Positions 9,087 through 18,915 of a stretch of 64,000 nucleotides of DNA are shown here, piece after piece. The notes beneath the pieces are model-generated. The model worked only from the letters and a program-made list of their open reading frames with translations. It ran no database searches and had not been told where the DNA came from. This DNA is from Candidatus Eiseniibacteriota bacterium (GTDB lineage Bacteria > Eisenbacteria > RBG-16-71-46 > SZUA-252). The stretch spans positions 2,200 to 66,199 of the forward strand of contig JANMQV010000009.1 of assembly GCA_031370645.1 (NCBI GenBank). Reading direction: 5' to 3'. Both the position numbers and the translations under genes were made by a program. The stretch's first letter is position 1; each line of letters starts with the position of its first letter.

Positions 9087-10154
9087 ATGAAAGTACTAGT
9101 CACCGGACATCAGGGGTACATCGGCTCGGTTCTGACCCCGCTCTTCCAGCGCTCCGGCCACGAGGTGGTTGGTCTCGACAGCGGGCTCTTCGCCGACTGC
9201 ATCTTCGGGGCCGCCCCGCCCGAGGTTCCCTCGATCCGAGTCGATCTCCGGGATGTCACCGTCGACACGCTTCGTGGGTTCGACGCGGTGATTCACTTGG
9301 CCGCGCTCTCGAACGACCCGCTTTCGAACCTGAATCCGAACATCACCTACGACATCAATCACCGCGCGACCGTGCGGCTCGCGGCCCTGGCCAAGGAGGC
9401 GGGCGTCAGCCGCTTCCTCCAGTCCTCCTCCTGCAGCCTCTACGGCAAAGCGGGGGACGAGATGCTGACCGAAAGCGCCGGCTTCAATCCCGTGACGGCG
9501 TACGGCGAATCGAAGGTGTTCGTCGAGCGCGACGTGGCCGCCCTGGCGGACGACCGCTTCAGCCCCACGTACCTCCGGAACGCCACCGCGTACGGTTCGT
9601 CTCCGAGGCTACGCGCCGATTTGGTCGTGAACAATCTCGTCGGCTACGCCTACACCACGAGGCGCATTCTGATCATGAGCGACGGCTCGCCCTGGCGCCC
9701 GCTGGTTCACCTTGAAGATATCTCCCGGGCGTTTCTTGCGATCATGGAAGCGCCCCGCGAGCGGATCCACAACGAGGCGTTCAACGTCGGGCGGAACGAG
9801 GAGAACTACCGGGTTCGCGAGCTGGCCGCGATGGTCAAGGAGGCGATCCCCGCGAGCGAAGTACAATATGCCGAGGGCGGCGGACCCGATACGCGCGACT
9901 ACCGCGTCGACTGCAGCAAGATCGCGCGGGTCATCCCCGAGTTCAAACCGCAATGGACGGTCCGGCGCGGCATCGAGGAGTTGTTGGACGCGTATCGGAA
10001 GAACGGTCTGACGACCGAGGAGTTCCTTAGCTCTCGATACCTTCGCATCAAGCGGGTCACGGAACTGCAGGGAAGCGGAGAGCTCGATTCCGAGCTCCGC
10101 CGTACGAAGCGTGGCCCGGAAGCCGCGACCGCTTCGGCGCGTCGATCGGGCTGA
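9087..10154 (+). CDS. NAD-dependent epimerase/dehydratase family protein (extended SDR)
   Basis: N-terminal [12 protein letters not shown] Rossmann motif and the catalytic YGESK. It has a low-complexity C-terminal tail of about 25 aa. Confidence 0.7.
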   Translation: MKVLVTGHQGYIGSVLTPLFQRSGHEVVGLDSGLFADCIFGAAPPEVPSIRVDLRDVTVDTLRGFDAVIHLAALSNDPLSNLNPNITYDINHRATVRLAALAKEAGVSRFLQSSSCSLYGKAGDEMLTESAGFNPVTAYGESKVFVERDVAALADDRFSPTYLRNATAYGSSPRLRADLVVNNLVGYAYTTRRILIMSDGSPWRPLVHLEDISRAFLAIMEAPRERIHNEAFNVGRNEENYRVRELAAMVKEAIPASEVQYAEGGGPDTRDYRVDCSKIARVIPEFKPQWTVRRGIEELLDAYRKNGLTTEEFLSSRYLRIKRVTELQGSGELDSELRRTKRGPEAATASARRSG

Positions 10155-10164
10155 GGAGAGAACC

Positions 10165-10953
10165 ATGAAGGTCGTGCTCTTCTGCGGTGGGCTCGGACTT
10201 CGGCTCGGAGACGGCCCCAACGCCACTCCGAAGCCGATGGTGATGATCGGCCAGCGTCCGATTCTTTGGCACGTCATGAAGTACTACGCCCACTACGGCC
10301 ACAAGGATTTCATCCTCTGCCTCGGCCATCGGCCCGGCGCGATCAAGGACTACTTCCTCACTTACAGCGAAGCCGTCTCGAACGACTTCGTCCTCTCCGA
10401 GGGCGGTCGCACGATCCGACTCCTGAATCAGGACATCGCCGACTGGCGCATCACCTGCATCGACACGGGACTTAACTCGACGATCGGTCAGCGGCTGCGG
10501 GGCGTTCGCGAGCACCTCGCCGGCGAAGAGGTCTTCCTCGCCAACTACAGCGACGGGGTCTCCGATCTTCACCTTCCGGGCCTGATCGACGGGTTCGTCG
10601 CGGGGCCCTGCGTCGGCGCGGTGGTCTGCGTCCGCCCGCCGCTCAGTTATCACGCCGTCGAAATTGGGAAGGGCTCGCGTGTCGAGAGCGTTCGCCCCTT
10701 CACGGAGGCGGGGCCGCTCATCAACGGCGGCTTCTTCGTCCTTCGCCAGTCGATCTTCGACTACTACAAGGACGGCGAGGATCTCGTGGTCCACGCCTTC
10801 CCTCGCCTCGTGGCGAAGGGGCTTCTCCTCGGCCACGAGCACAAGGGATTCTGGGCGAGCATGGACACGTTCAAGGACAAGCAGGCGCTGGAGGAACTCA
10901 TGGCGCGCGGCGACGCCCCGTGGGAGATCTGGCGGCAGGGCCCGCGCGCTTGA
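10165..10953 (+). CDS. rfbF: Glucose-1-phosphate cytidylyltransferase
   Basis: MKVVLFCGGLGLRL, PKPMVMIGQRPILWHVMKYY, INGGFFVL, GFWASMDTFKDK and APWEIW match RfbF. The ATG is preceded by GAGGAG. The longer ORF from 10111 is an unlikely N-extension. Confidence 0.85.
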   Translation: MKVVLFCGGLGLRLGDGPNATPKPMVMIGQRPILWHVMKYYAHYGHKDFILCLGHRPGAIKDYFLTYSEAVSNDFVLSEGGRTIRLLNQDIADWRITCIDTGLNSTIGQRLRGVREHLAGEEVFLANYSDGVSDLHLPGLIDGFVAGPCVGAVVCVRPPLSYHAVEIGKGSRVESVRPFTEAGPLINGGFFVLRQSIFDYYKDGEDLVVHAFPRLVAKGLLLGHEHKGFWASMDTFKDKQALEELMARGDAPWEIWRQGPRA

Positions 10954-11600
10954 GGTCGCTCGGGATTCTCGATCACCTGCCGCGAAACCCGACGATTCTC
11001 TGCCTCGGGGCTCACTGCGACGACATCGAGATAGGTTGCGGCGCGTCGATGCTCCGGATCCTTCGCGAACGGAAAGACGTCTCGGTCCGGTGGGTCGTCC
11101 TGAGTTCCACGGAGGTGCGGGCGCGCGAAGGCACGGCGGCGGCGACCCTCTTCCTCCGGGGCGCCAAGCGCCGCATGGTGAGGATCGAAGCGTTCACGGA
11201 CGGCCATTTCCCGTACCAGGGCGCCGAGATCAAGCAGGTCTTCGAGGAACTCAAGCAGGACTCCACGCCCGACCTGATCTTCACCCATTATCGCGACGAC
11301 CGACACCAAGACCACCGGGTCGTCAGCGACAGCACCTGGCAGACCTTCCGCGATGCGATGATCCTGGAATACGAAATTCCAAAGTACGACGGAGACCTCG
11401 GCATTCCGAACGTCTTCACGGAGATTGATTCTGCGACCTGCGAACGAAAGATTCGATACCTCACGAAGTGCTACGCCACGCAGCGCGCGAAACCTTGGTT
11501 CACCGCGGAGACGCTTCGAGCGCTCATGCGGATTCGGGGCGTCGAGTCGCGCGCGCCCCGCTATGCCGAGGCGTTTCACGGCCGAAAACTCGTCCTCTAA
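10920..11600 (+). CDS. PIG-L/LmbE family N-acetylglucosaminyl deacetylase
   Basis: LCLGAHCDDIEIGCG metal-binding motif followed by HxDH (HQDHRVV). The start is uncertain (GTG 10920 or TTG 10950). It overlaps the rfbF stop. Confidence 0.7.
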   Translation: MGDLAAGPARLRSLGILDHLPRNPTILCLGAHCDDIEIGCGASMLRILRERKDVSVRWVVLSSTEVRAREGTAAATLFLRGAKRRMVRIEAFTDGHFPYQGAEIKQVFEELKQDSTPDLIFTHYRDDRHQDHRVVSDSTWQTFRDAMILEYEIPKYDGDLGIPNVFTEIDSATCERKIRYLTKCYATQRAKPWFTAETLRALMRIRGVESRAPRYAEAFHGRKLVL

Positions 11601-11639
11601 CGTTCCGTGCCCCCTTCGGGCGTCCCCAGGAGTGGATCC

Positions 11640-12203
11640 ATGATCTTCACCGAAACCAAGTTGAAGGGAGCCTTCATCGTCGACCTCGAGCGCCGGGAGG
11701 ATAGCCGCGGCTTTTTCGCCCGATCGTTCTGCCAGCACGAGTTCGAGGAGCACGGCTTGAAACCAGTCATCGCCCAGGCGAACATCGCCTTCAACGTTCG
11801 GAAGGGCACCCTTCGGGGAATGCATTTCCAGTTTCCGCCGGCGGCGGAGACGAAGCTCGTTCGGGCCACCCGGGGAGCGATCCTGGACGTCATCGTCGAC
11901 CTCCGCCCCGAGAGCCCAACCTACCTCCAACACGTCGCCGTGGAACTGAGCGCCGAGAATCACCGCGCGCTCTACGTTCCGGAGCGATTCGCGCACGGCT
12001 ATCAGGTTCTCGAAGACACCACCGAGACGAGCTACCAGGTGGGGGAGTTCTACGCGCCCGGAACCGAGGGGGGCCTCCTCTACTCGGACGAACGGCTCGG
12101 GCTCCGCTGGCCGCTTCCGGTCACCGAGATCTCCCCCAAGGATGCCGTCTGGAAGCCACTAAGCGAGGTGGAGGCCGAGGTGAAGCGGCGGATGACTCGA
12201 TGA
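11640..12203 (+). CDS. RmlC-like cupin sugar-nucleotide 3,5-epimerase (dTDP-4-dehydrorhamnose 3,5-epimerase family)
   Basis: ETKLKGAFIV, RGFFARSF, GMHFQ, RGAILDVIVDLR and FAHGYQVL motifs. ATG at 11640; the upstream ORF extension is unlikely. Confidence 0.75.
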   Translation: MIFTETKLKGAFIVDLERREDSRGFFARSFCQHEFEEHGLKPVIAQANIAFNVRKGTLRGMHFQFPPAAETKLVRATRGAILDVIVDLRPESPTYLQHVAVELSAENHRALYVPERFAHGYQVLEDTTETSYQVGEFYAPGTEGGLLYSDERLGLRWPLPVTEISPKDAVWKPLSEVEAEVKRRMTR

Positions 12204-13528
12204 TCCTCGTCGACACCGCGCTCCAGGCGCGCGAGGAGCAGGGAAAGCCGATCCGCGTCGGTATGATCGGCGCCGGCTTCATGGGGCAGGGGCTCACGAA
12301 CCAAATCGTGAACAGCGTGCCCGGCATGCGCATGGCCGCGATCTACAACCGGAAGCCGGAGCGCGCCGTCGGCGTCTACCACTACTCGGGCTGCCCCGAT
12401 GTGGTCGTGGCGAAGACGCAAGCGGCCCTCGACGACGCCGTGCGCCGTGGGGTTCCCGCGGTGGCGGAAGACGCGTTCACGATCTGCCGCTCCCCGGAGA
12501 TCGACGTTCTGATCGACGTGACGGGCTCGGTCGATTTCGGCGCCCAGGTCATCCTCGAAGCGTTCCAGCATGGAAAGTCGGTCGTGCTCATGAACGCCGA
12601 GGTCGACGCGACCCTGGGGCCGATCCTTCGCGTCTATGCGAAGAAGCACGGCGTCATCCTCTCCGCCTGCGACGGGGACGAGCCGGGCGTGCAGATGAAT
12701 CTCTACCGCTGGGTGAAGGGGCTGGGACTCACGCCGCGCGCCATGGTGAACGTGAAGGGGCTGCAGGATCCCTATCGGAATCCCACGACCCAGCAAGCGT
12801 GGGCGGAGCGCTGGGCGCAGAACGCGGCCATGGTCACTTCCTTCGCGGACGGCTCGAAGATCAGCTTCGAGCAGTCGATCGTCGCGAACGCCACCGGCTT
12901 CAAGGTTCGTTCGCGCGGAATGTCCCGAGGGCTCGAGTTCAAGGGCTCCGTCATGGATGTCCAGAAGATCTACGACGTGGAGGAGCTGCGCGCCCTCGGG
13001 GGGATCGTCGACTACGTCGTCGGACTTCCGCTGGTGAAGGTGTTCTGCCTCGCGGAACATACCGACCCCAAGCAGCAGCACTACCTGAACCTCTACAAGA
13101 TGGGGGAAGGGCCGCTCTATCCCTTCTGGATCCCCTATCACCTCGTCCACTTCGAAACCCCGTTCGCGATCGCGCGCGTGGTCCTCTTCAAGGACGACGT
13201 GGCGCCGTCGTTGGGAGGCCCGGTCGTCGAGGTTTGCGCCTTGGCGAAACGGAATCTCAAGTCGGGGGAGGTGCTCGACGCCTACGGCATGTATATGACC
13301 TACGGTGAGGCGGCGAACGCGGAGGAGATGAACCGAGGGCGGTACTTGCCGGAGGGGCTTGTGGAGGGATGCCGCTTGCGACACGACATCGCGAAGGACG
13401 CCGTGCTCACCTACGACGATGTCGAGCTACCGGAGGGGCGCCTGGCCGATCGCTTGCGCGCCGAGCAGTACCGGCACTTTCGAGGCGAAACCTGGCTCGA
13501 AGATCGGCTCGCCGCTCGTCCTACCTGA
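12200..13528 (+). CDS. NAD(P)-binding oxidoreductase with SAF domain (COG4091-like, 'predicted homoserine dehydrogenase' family)
   Basis: N-terminal GMIGAGFMGQG Rossmann motif, about 440 aa, architecture typical of COG4091. ATGA start/stop overlap with the upstream gene. Confidence 0.55.
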   Translation: MILVDTALQAREEQGKPIRVGMIGAGFMGQGLTNQIVNSVPGMRMAAIYNRKPERAVGVYHYSGCPDVVVAKTQAALDDAVRRGVPAVAEDAFTICRSPEIDVLIDVTGSVDFGAQVILEAFQHGKSVVLMNAEVDATLGPILRVYAKKHGVILSACDGDEPGVQMNLYRWVKGLGLTPRAMVNVKGLQDPYRNPTTQQAWAERWAQNAAMVTSFADGSKISFEQSIVANATGFKVRSRGMSRGLEFKGSVMDVQKIYDVEELRALGGIVDYVVGLPLVKVFCLAEHTDPKQQHYLNLYKMGEGPLYPFWIPYHLVHFETPFAIARVVLFKDDVAPSLGGPVVEVCALAKRNLKSGEVLDAYGMYMTYGEAANAEEMNRGRYLPEGLVEGCRLRHDIAKDAVLTYDDVELPEGRLADRLRAEQYRHFRGETWLEDRLAARPT

Positions 13529-16469
13529 GCAGGGCGAGCTTCATCGAGCGCGCCCCGTCGGAGGCTTCCAGGCGCGCGATGTAGATCCCGGTCGACAGAA
13601 GCATACCGCTATCCGATGTTCCATCCCACCCGACTGAGTGCTCCCCTTCGGAAAGCCTCGGGAGAGCGAACGTCTTCACGAGTCGTCCCGCCACGTCGAA
13701 AATCCGCAACGTCGCCTGTTCCGCCGTCGTCAACCGATAGCGAATCCTCGTATTTGGATTGAAGGGGTTGGGATCGGCGCTAAGGAGGGCGCTGGTCCTC
13801 GGAGGGGAGTTCTGCCCCGTGTCGACGGCGGTTAGGATGGGATTCGCCATGTCGTGCTGGACCTCCGCGGCCGACAGCGCGCGGTTGTAGATCAGGACCT
13901 CGTCGATTCGCCCTGTGAAGAACTGGCCGAAGAGGGCGTCACCCCCGACGGAAAGCGGGCCGCCCGATGTAGGCAAGGAGTCCGTCTCCGCTCGGTTGCT
14001 CACCTCGTTGCCGTTCAGATAGAGCCGAATCATGGCCCCATTGTAGGTCGCCGCCAAATGCGACCACGCGTTCACAGGCAATGGTGAGACGGAGTAGAGG
14101 GGGTACGTGATACTCGAACCCGTTGCGGCCCTCCCGCCGGGCGTCGCGGTCGCCGCGAGAAAGAAATCATCGTTCTGCTTCATGATGACGTCGGACCAAT
14201 TGCCGACCTGCGCCGTCGGGTAGACCCAGGCCTCCAGCGTCATCGCCGATTTCAGGCGGAGTGATGGTGAGTCGGGAATCGTGACCTTCGAGGTGGTCCC
14301 GTTGAACTGAAGCGCGTTCCCGTACTTTCCCAACGCGGTCCACGTCGCGCCGGAGAGCGTCCCCGTGTTGCTGTTCCCTGATTTGTCCGCCGCCGTCGTC
14401 CCGCTCCCGGCGGCGAAATCGTAGGCCGCCACCAGTCCGAACGGAGTCCCGGCCGGGCCGAATGTCGCGGACCAGCTCGCGTCGCTCGTCGGCACGATGA
14501 TTTCGTGAGATCGGAGCCCTCCGTCCGACCAGGCGGCGAAGTCGTACCATTGCCCCGTCACGAGCTGCGGCGGCGCGTTGATCGTGTAATGAAACCCCTT
14601 CAGCGCATCCAGCACGAAGGGCGAGACCTTTCGGATGCCATCGACGTCGAGCGAAAGCCCGCTCGGTTGGGTCGAGAACGACAAATTCACCTTGTCCGGA
14701 TAGACGCGGACTGAGTTCGAGGCCGAGAGGCCGCTCGCGTCGGTGACGGTCAGAATGATCTCGTAGTTCGTCGAGCTGGTGAAGTCGTGCCCGCTGATTG
14801 GAATGGTGAAGGTCCCGGAGACTCCCGGAAACGGCCCGCCCGCGGGATGGACATGCGTCAGGTGGTGAAACAGGATGTTCCAGGCGTAGGCGCTCGGCGG
14901 GAGGGGATTCCCGGACCCGTCGAGCCCGCTTCCGGAGTAGGAGATCACGTCTCCCGCTCGGAACAGGATTCCGTCCGCCGGGGTCAGGATCTGCACGGTG
15001 GGGGGGACGCCGACCGTGATGACGAGATTGCTCGAGAGCGTCGAGTTCACGCCGTCGGAGACCTGGACCCGAGCGGTGTATGTCCCGTTCGCCGCGTACG
15101 TGTGCGACGGATTCGCCGCGGTGGAGGTGGCGAGATCCCCGAAGGTCCAGAGATAGGTGAGGGGCTGGCCCTCCGGATCGAGCGACCCGGCGCTGGAGAA
15201 GGCGACTGTGAGCGGCGCGGAGCCTATTCGCGGCGTCGCGTCCGCGACCGCTACGGGAGCAGCATTACCGGTCGAGTACCGGATGCGGCGGATGGTGGCC
15301 TCGTTCGGTTCGTGCACGTCGTTGAAGCCGATGTCCACGTAATAGAGCGCGCCGTCGGGGCCCTGGAGGAGCTTCGTGAAATCGCCGTAGGGCCCGTCCG
15401 GCGTACCGTCGGTCGGTTCGAAATTGAGGACCGAGGCCAGATTTCCGGAGCCGTCGAAAGTCAGACGCTTGATCCAATTCTGAGAATAATCCGCAAAGAA
15501 ATAACTCCCCTCATAACCGCTGGGGAAATTGCCGCCTCGGTAAACGAAGCCCCCCATGATGGCGGCATCCCGTCCCGAGTGCCCGTAGTCGTAAAGGGGA
15601 TTGGTCATTCCGGGCGTGGCGCAGGCGCCCTCGCAGAGGGGCCACCCGTAGTTCGCGCCGGCGACCCCGATGTTGACCTCTTCTCGCGCGGTCGCCACGG
15701 AATTGCCGCCGACATCCGCGATGAAGATTCGCCCGCTCGTGGCGTCGTAGTTCATACGAACCGGATTGCGAAGTCCGTACGCCCAAATTTCATCGTAGTT
15801 CGGCCCCGCGCCGTCGTAGAACGGATTGTCCGTCGGGATCGAACCGTCGGGATTGACGCGCAGCAACTTGCCGCGGTAGGTGTCGAGGCGCTGGGCATCG
15901 TTGGCGTAGAACGCTTCGCCGACCGCGATGAACAGCTTGCCCTGGGGACCAAAGGCGAGGCCCCCGCCATGGTGGTCGAAGTTGGCGTCGGCATCATCCT
16001 GCCAGATGACGACCTCGCTTCCCGCGAGCGTGGTGTCGCCGTTCGCCGTAAATCGGCCGACGCGGTCGTGGTTCCCACCCGTGGCGAAGCACTTTGTGTA
16101 GAAGACGTAGTACCAACTGTTCGTCGCGAAATTGGGGTCGAGGATGATCTCCATCAATCCCTGTTCGCCGGCGAGGGTACTGTTGTCGAGCGCGAGGAAG
16201 GGGTTCGGCTCGGGCGTGCTCAAACCAGGATGGACCACCCAGATCCGTTCGTTCAATTCGCCGACCAGCATGCGGCCGTCGGGGAGGAACGCGATCGTGA
16301 GCCCCGAGGAGATTCCCGGGACGATGACCTCGTTGACGAAATTCGGGGGGGCAGCTGCTGCGGGGTGAACGTGAAGGGATTGGCCCAACGTTAGAAGGGT
16401 GAAGATAATGCCGCGAAGGCCACGACGGGCCGCCCTCGCGTAGGTCGTCCCGCGAACCGCATCCACCAT
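13521..16469 (-). CDS. Large secreted multidomain protein: PQQ-dependent sugar dehydrogenase-like beta-propeller + PKD + Ig-like + LamG/concanavalin-like + T9SS-type C-terminal sorting domain
   Basis: GSDH motifs (IWAYGLRNP, GRIFIADVGGN), a PKD segment (PLTYLWTFGD...YTARVQVSDG) and a LamG-like region (GNALQFNGTTSKVTIPD...LYLNGNEV). The C-terminus is PNPFNPNTRIRY...GIYIARLEA...KLALLR, resembling TIGR04183. The start was chosen at the internal Met preceding a signal-like segment; the ORF extends to 16574. Confidence 0.7.
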   Translation of the reverse strand: MVDAVRGTTYARAARRGLRGIIFTLLTLGQSLHVHPAAAAPPNFVNEVIVPGISSGLTIAFLPDGRMLVGELNERIWVVHPGLSTPEPNPFLALDNSTLAGEQGLMEIILDPNFATNSWYYVFYTKCFATGGNHDRVGRFTANGDTTLAGSEVVIWQDDADANFDHHGGGLAFGPQGKLFIAVGEAFYANDAQRLDTYRGKLLRVNPDGSIPTDNPFYDGAGPNYDEIWAYGLRNPVRMNYDATSGRIFIADVGGNSVATAREEVNIGVAGANYGWPLCEGACATPGMTNPLYDYGHSGRDAAIMGGFVYRGGNFPSGYEGSYFFADYSQNWIKRLTFDGSGNLASVLNFEPTDGTPDGPYGDFTKLLQGPDGALYYVDIGFNDVHEPNEATIRRIRYSTGNAAPVAVADATPRIGSAPLTVAFSSAGSLDPEGQPLTYLWTFGDLATSTAANPSHTYAANGTYTARVQVSDGVNSTLSSNLVITVGVPPTVQILTPADGILFRAGDVISYSGSGLDGSGNPLPPSAYAWNILFHHLTHVHPAGGPFPGVSGTFTIPISGHDFTSSTNYEIILTVTDASGLSASNSVRVYPDKVNLSFSTQPSGLSLDVDGIRKVSPFVLDALKGFHYTINAPPQLVTGQWYDFAAWSDGGLRSHEIIVPTSDASWSATFGPAGTPFGLVAAYDFAAGSGTTAADKSGNSNTGTLSGATWTALGKYGNALQFNGTTSKVTIPDSPSLRLKSAMTLEAWVYPTAQVGNWSDVIMKQNDDFFLAATATPGGRAATGSSITYPLYSVSPLPVNAWSHLAATYNGAMIRLYLNGNEVSNRAETDSLPTSGGPLSVGGDALFGQFFTGRIDEVLIYNRALSAAEVQHDMANPILTAVDTGQNSPPRTSALLSADPNPFNPNTRIRYRLTTAEQATLRIFDVAGRLVKTFALPRLSEGEHSVGWDGTSDSGMLLSTGIYIARLEASDGARSMKLALLR

Positions 16470-16705
16470 TGTTTCCAGATTCCTCTCTGCAGCACTTCTT
16501 GAAGCACCACGCTGTTTCGGAGCATCAAAGGATGCCCGGTGGGCGACTCCGGCGCCTCGGGGGGAGAGCCACACACGGAGAGAGTATACCGCGCCACCGA
16601 GCGAAACCGTGCTTCATTACTGCAGATGGGCGCTGTAAACCATTGTAGGGTGGATTGTTGCAGCAAGTGGCGCGGCGCCTGTTCGGGGAGCGATGGGGCT
16701 CTCAG

Positions 16706-18031
16706 TTACGGTCGTTCTTGGCGCCTCGGTCCCAGAACGGTCTCGTACTGCGCCTTCAGGTCATTCCGGTACATCTCGAGCCGCCGCTGAATTCGATCCC
16801 CGGCGTCATGGTCCCGCTCCAGAGCCGCGAGGCGCTCAAGCAGCTGTTCGGCGGTCATGTCCGTGATGTCGACGGCGTACGCGCCCTGACCAACGTCCAC
16901 GAGGAGGTCGCGCGTAGAACGGCGGTAGACGATACCGAGGGTCGGCTTCCCGAGCATCTGGGATATCAAGGCCCCGTGGAAACGGGCGGCGACGACGAGG
17001 TCCGCCGCCGAAAACTGCGCCACGAGGTCCTCGAAGTTCGTGACGCTGGTTTGGAGCGACGCCGCTCCGCCGCTCGCTCCCGCTCGCTCGCCGATCGCTC
17101 GGAGGATATCGGTGACCACGAGGGGATCGGCGCGCAATTGGGTCGGGACGAAGCGAACCCGATAGCCGCGCTCCCCTAGCATCACGGTGAAGGTCGCCAT
17201 CGTGTCGACGTAGCGCTGGTAGATGACCGCATCGCGTTCCGCCCACGAGCGCGGATCGAAGTAGGGGAGGGGATTGATCGCGACCAGCGTTCCCGACTCC
17301 GCCGGCGCGGCGGCGCCGGGCCGCACGGAGGGCCGGAGGCCGTGCGCCAGATCGGGCGCGAGGAGGTGCGGACCGGGAACGCCGATCGCCGCTACGGCGT
17401 CGCGCGACCCCAGATCTCGATAGGAGCGATACGTCGCGAGCGCGAGCGCCATCCGAATGAGAAGTCCGCTCCCGCGAGCGCGGATCGGGCCGGCGCCCAC
17501 GCTGAGGAACGCGACGCGCGCGCCGGCGAGGCGCGCTGCGAGCGACCAAGCCCAGAGCGTGTAGGGAAAGCCCCACGCTCCGCCGTAGTAGTCCGAGAGC
17601 TGATTGGAGCCGGCCACGATCAGAAGGTCGACGCGCCTCATCCGGCGATAGCGGACGATCCAGAAGGCCGTCTCCCGCATCATTTCTCGGAGCCAGCGTG
17701 TCCCGGCGGCCGCCGCGGCGAGGAACCTGCCGAGGCCGGGAGTTCGGCGGAGGGCCGTGCGCCAGCCATTGGACGATGCCGGCGCCGCCGTGGGCGGAGG
17801 CGGGGCGGCGCCAGGTGCGGAGGTGCGGCCGGTGTCGAGCCCGCGCCTCAACGGAAAGGACGGTATCCCGTGTCGCGCCTCGGTATCGGCCGGACGAATG
17901 GTGAACGCAACGAACGTCGCGTCGGGGATTTCCTCACGAACGCCGCGGAGCAACGCGTCGATGATCGCCTCGTCGCCGAGGTTCCCGTTCCCGACGTGCC
18001 CGATGATTCCGATCCGCCGCGGTGGACTCAT
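16706..18031 (-). CDS. Polysaccharide pyruvyl transferase (CsaB/WcaK family)
   Basis: N-terminal IGIIGHVGNGNLGDEAII and the overall PS_pyruv_trans architecture. Confidence 0.75.
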   Translation of the reverse strand: MSPPRRIGIIGHVGNGNLGDEAIIDALLRGVREEIPDATFVAFTIRPADTEARHGIPSFPLRRGLDTGRTSAPGAAPPPPTAAPASSNGWRTALRRTPGLGRFLAAAAAGTRWLREMMRETAFWIVRYRRMRRVDLLIVAGSNQLSDYYGGAWGFPYTLWAWSLAARLAGARVAFLSVGAGPIRARGSGLLIRMALALATYRSYRDLGSRDAVAAIGVPGPHLLAPDLAHGLRPSVRPGAAAPAESGTLVAINPLPYFDPRSWAERDAVIYQRYVDTMATFTVMLGERGYRVRFVPTQLRADPLVVTDILRAIGERAGASGGAASLQTSVTNFEDLVAQFSAADLVVAARFHGALISQMLGKPTLGIVYRRSTRDLLVDVGQGAYAVDITDMTAEQLLERLAALERDHDAGDRIQRRLEMYRNDLKAQYETVLGPRRQERP

Positions 18032-18915
18032 GGACGCGCGGAGGAACGATGTCGAAGCGCGCTCACCAACTCCCGGAGGAGTTCACGACGCACCGCGATG
18101 CAGATCCTCGCGATGGTTCCGGCGACGCGCGCCTTATCCGCCACGGAAATGGGGGAGCGGAGATCGGCGCGAAGGTACTCGTACTGGTGCCGCCACGTAC
18201 GCATCACAAACGTGCCGCGAGTCGCCGGCGAGAAGAACTCCTGCCAACTCTCCAGCGTCGCGTTGTGGATCGCGTTCGTCGATTCGTACCGGCGATGAAA
18301 CAGAATTTCCGGTACTTCCACAAACGTTCCGTGAAGGCTCAATTCTCCGAGCAGGACCATGTCGGACCCGGGGTAGTCTCCGAGCAGCCCGGTGCGGCGC
18401 AGAACTTCCGGGCGCATCAAGCCGAAGAGGGCGTTGCAAAGGCGCACGCGGCGGAGGTATTCGCGGAAGCGGCGCGGCGGCTCCGGCCAGGGGAGGTCGA
18501 GATTGTCTTCATAGACCTGTGTCGTCGCGCCCCGTTCGTCGATGATGCTCGTCTTCGGATAGGCGAGAACCGCCCGTGGATTCGTTTCGAGGACGTCGAG
18601 ACACCGGCGCAGAAACGGGGGATCGTGAACGTCGTTCGACGACGCCCACTTGAAGTACCGGCCTCGGGCGAGTCGGACGACCTGGTTGAAATTCGGCGCG
18701 ACGCCGAGATTCACCTCGTTCCGGACGTAGCGAATCCGCGGATCGCGCGACGCGAAATCGCGGCAGATCCGCTCTGTCGCGTCGGTCGAATGATTGTCCG
18801 AGATGATGATTTCGAAATCGTCGACCGTCTGCGCGAGGAGCGACTCGAGAGACGAAGCGATCCGCAACTCGCCGTTGTAGACGGGGAGCCCAATGCTGAT
18901 CAGGGGGGCGCTCAT
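18028..18915 (-). CDS. Family 2 glycosyltransferase
   Basis: ISIGLPVYNGE...IIISDNHSTD...DxD-like region. Roughly 290-aa GT-A fold. Confidence 0.8.
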   Translation of the reverse strand: MSAPLISIGLPVYNGELRIASSLESLLAQTVDDFEIIISDNHSTDATERICRDFASRDPRIRYVRNEVNLGVAPNFNQVVRLARGRYFKWASSNDVHDPPFLRRCLDVLETNPRAVLAYPKTSIIDERGATTQVYEDNLDLPWPEPPRRFREYLRRVRLCNALFGLMRPEVLRRTGLLGDYPGSDMVLLGELSLHGTFVEVPEILFHRRYESTNAIHNATLESWQEFFSPATRGTFVMRTWRHQYEYLRADLRSPISVADKARVAGTIARICIAVRRELLRELVSALRHRSSARP

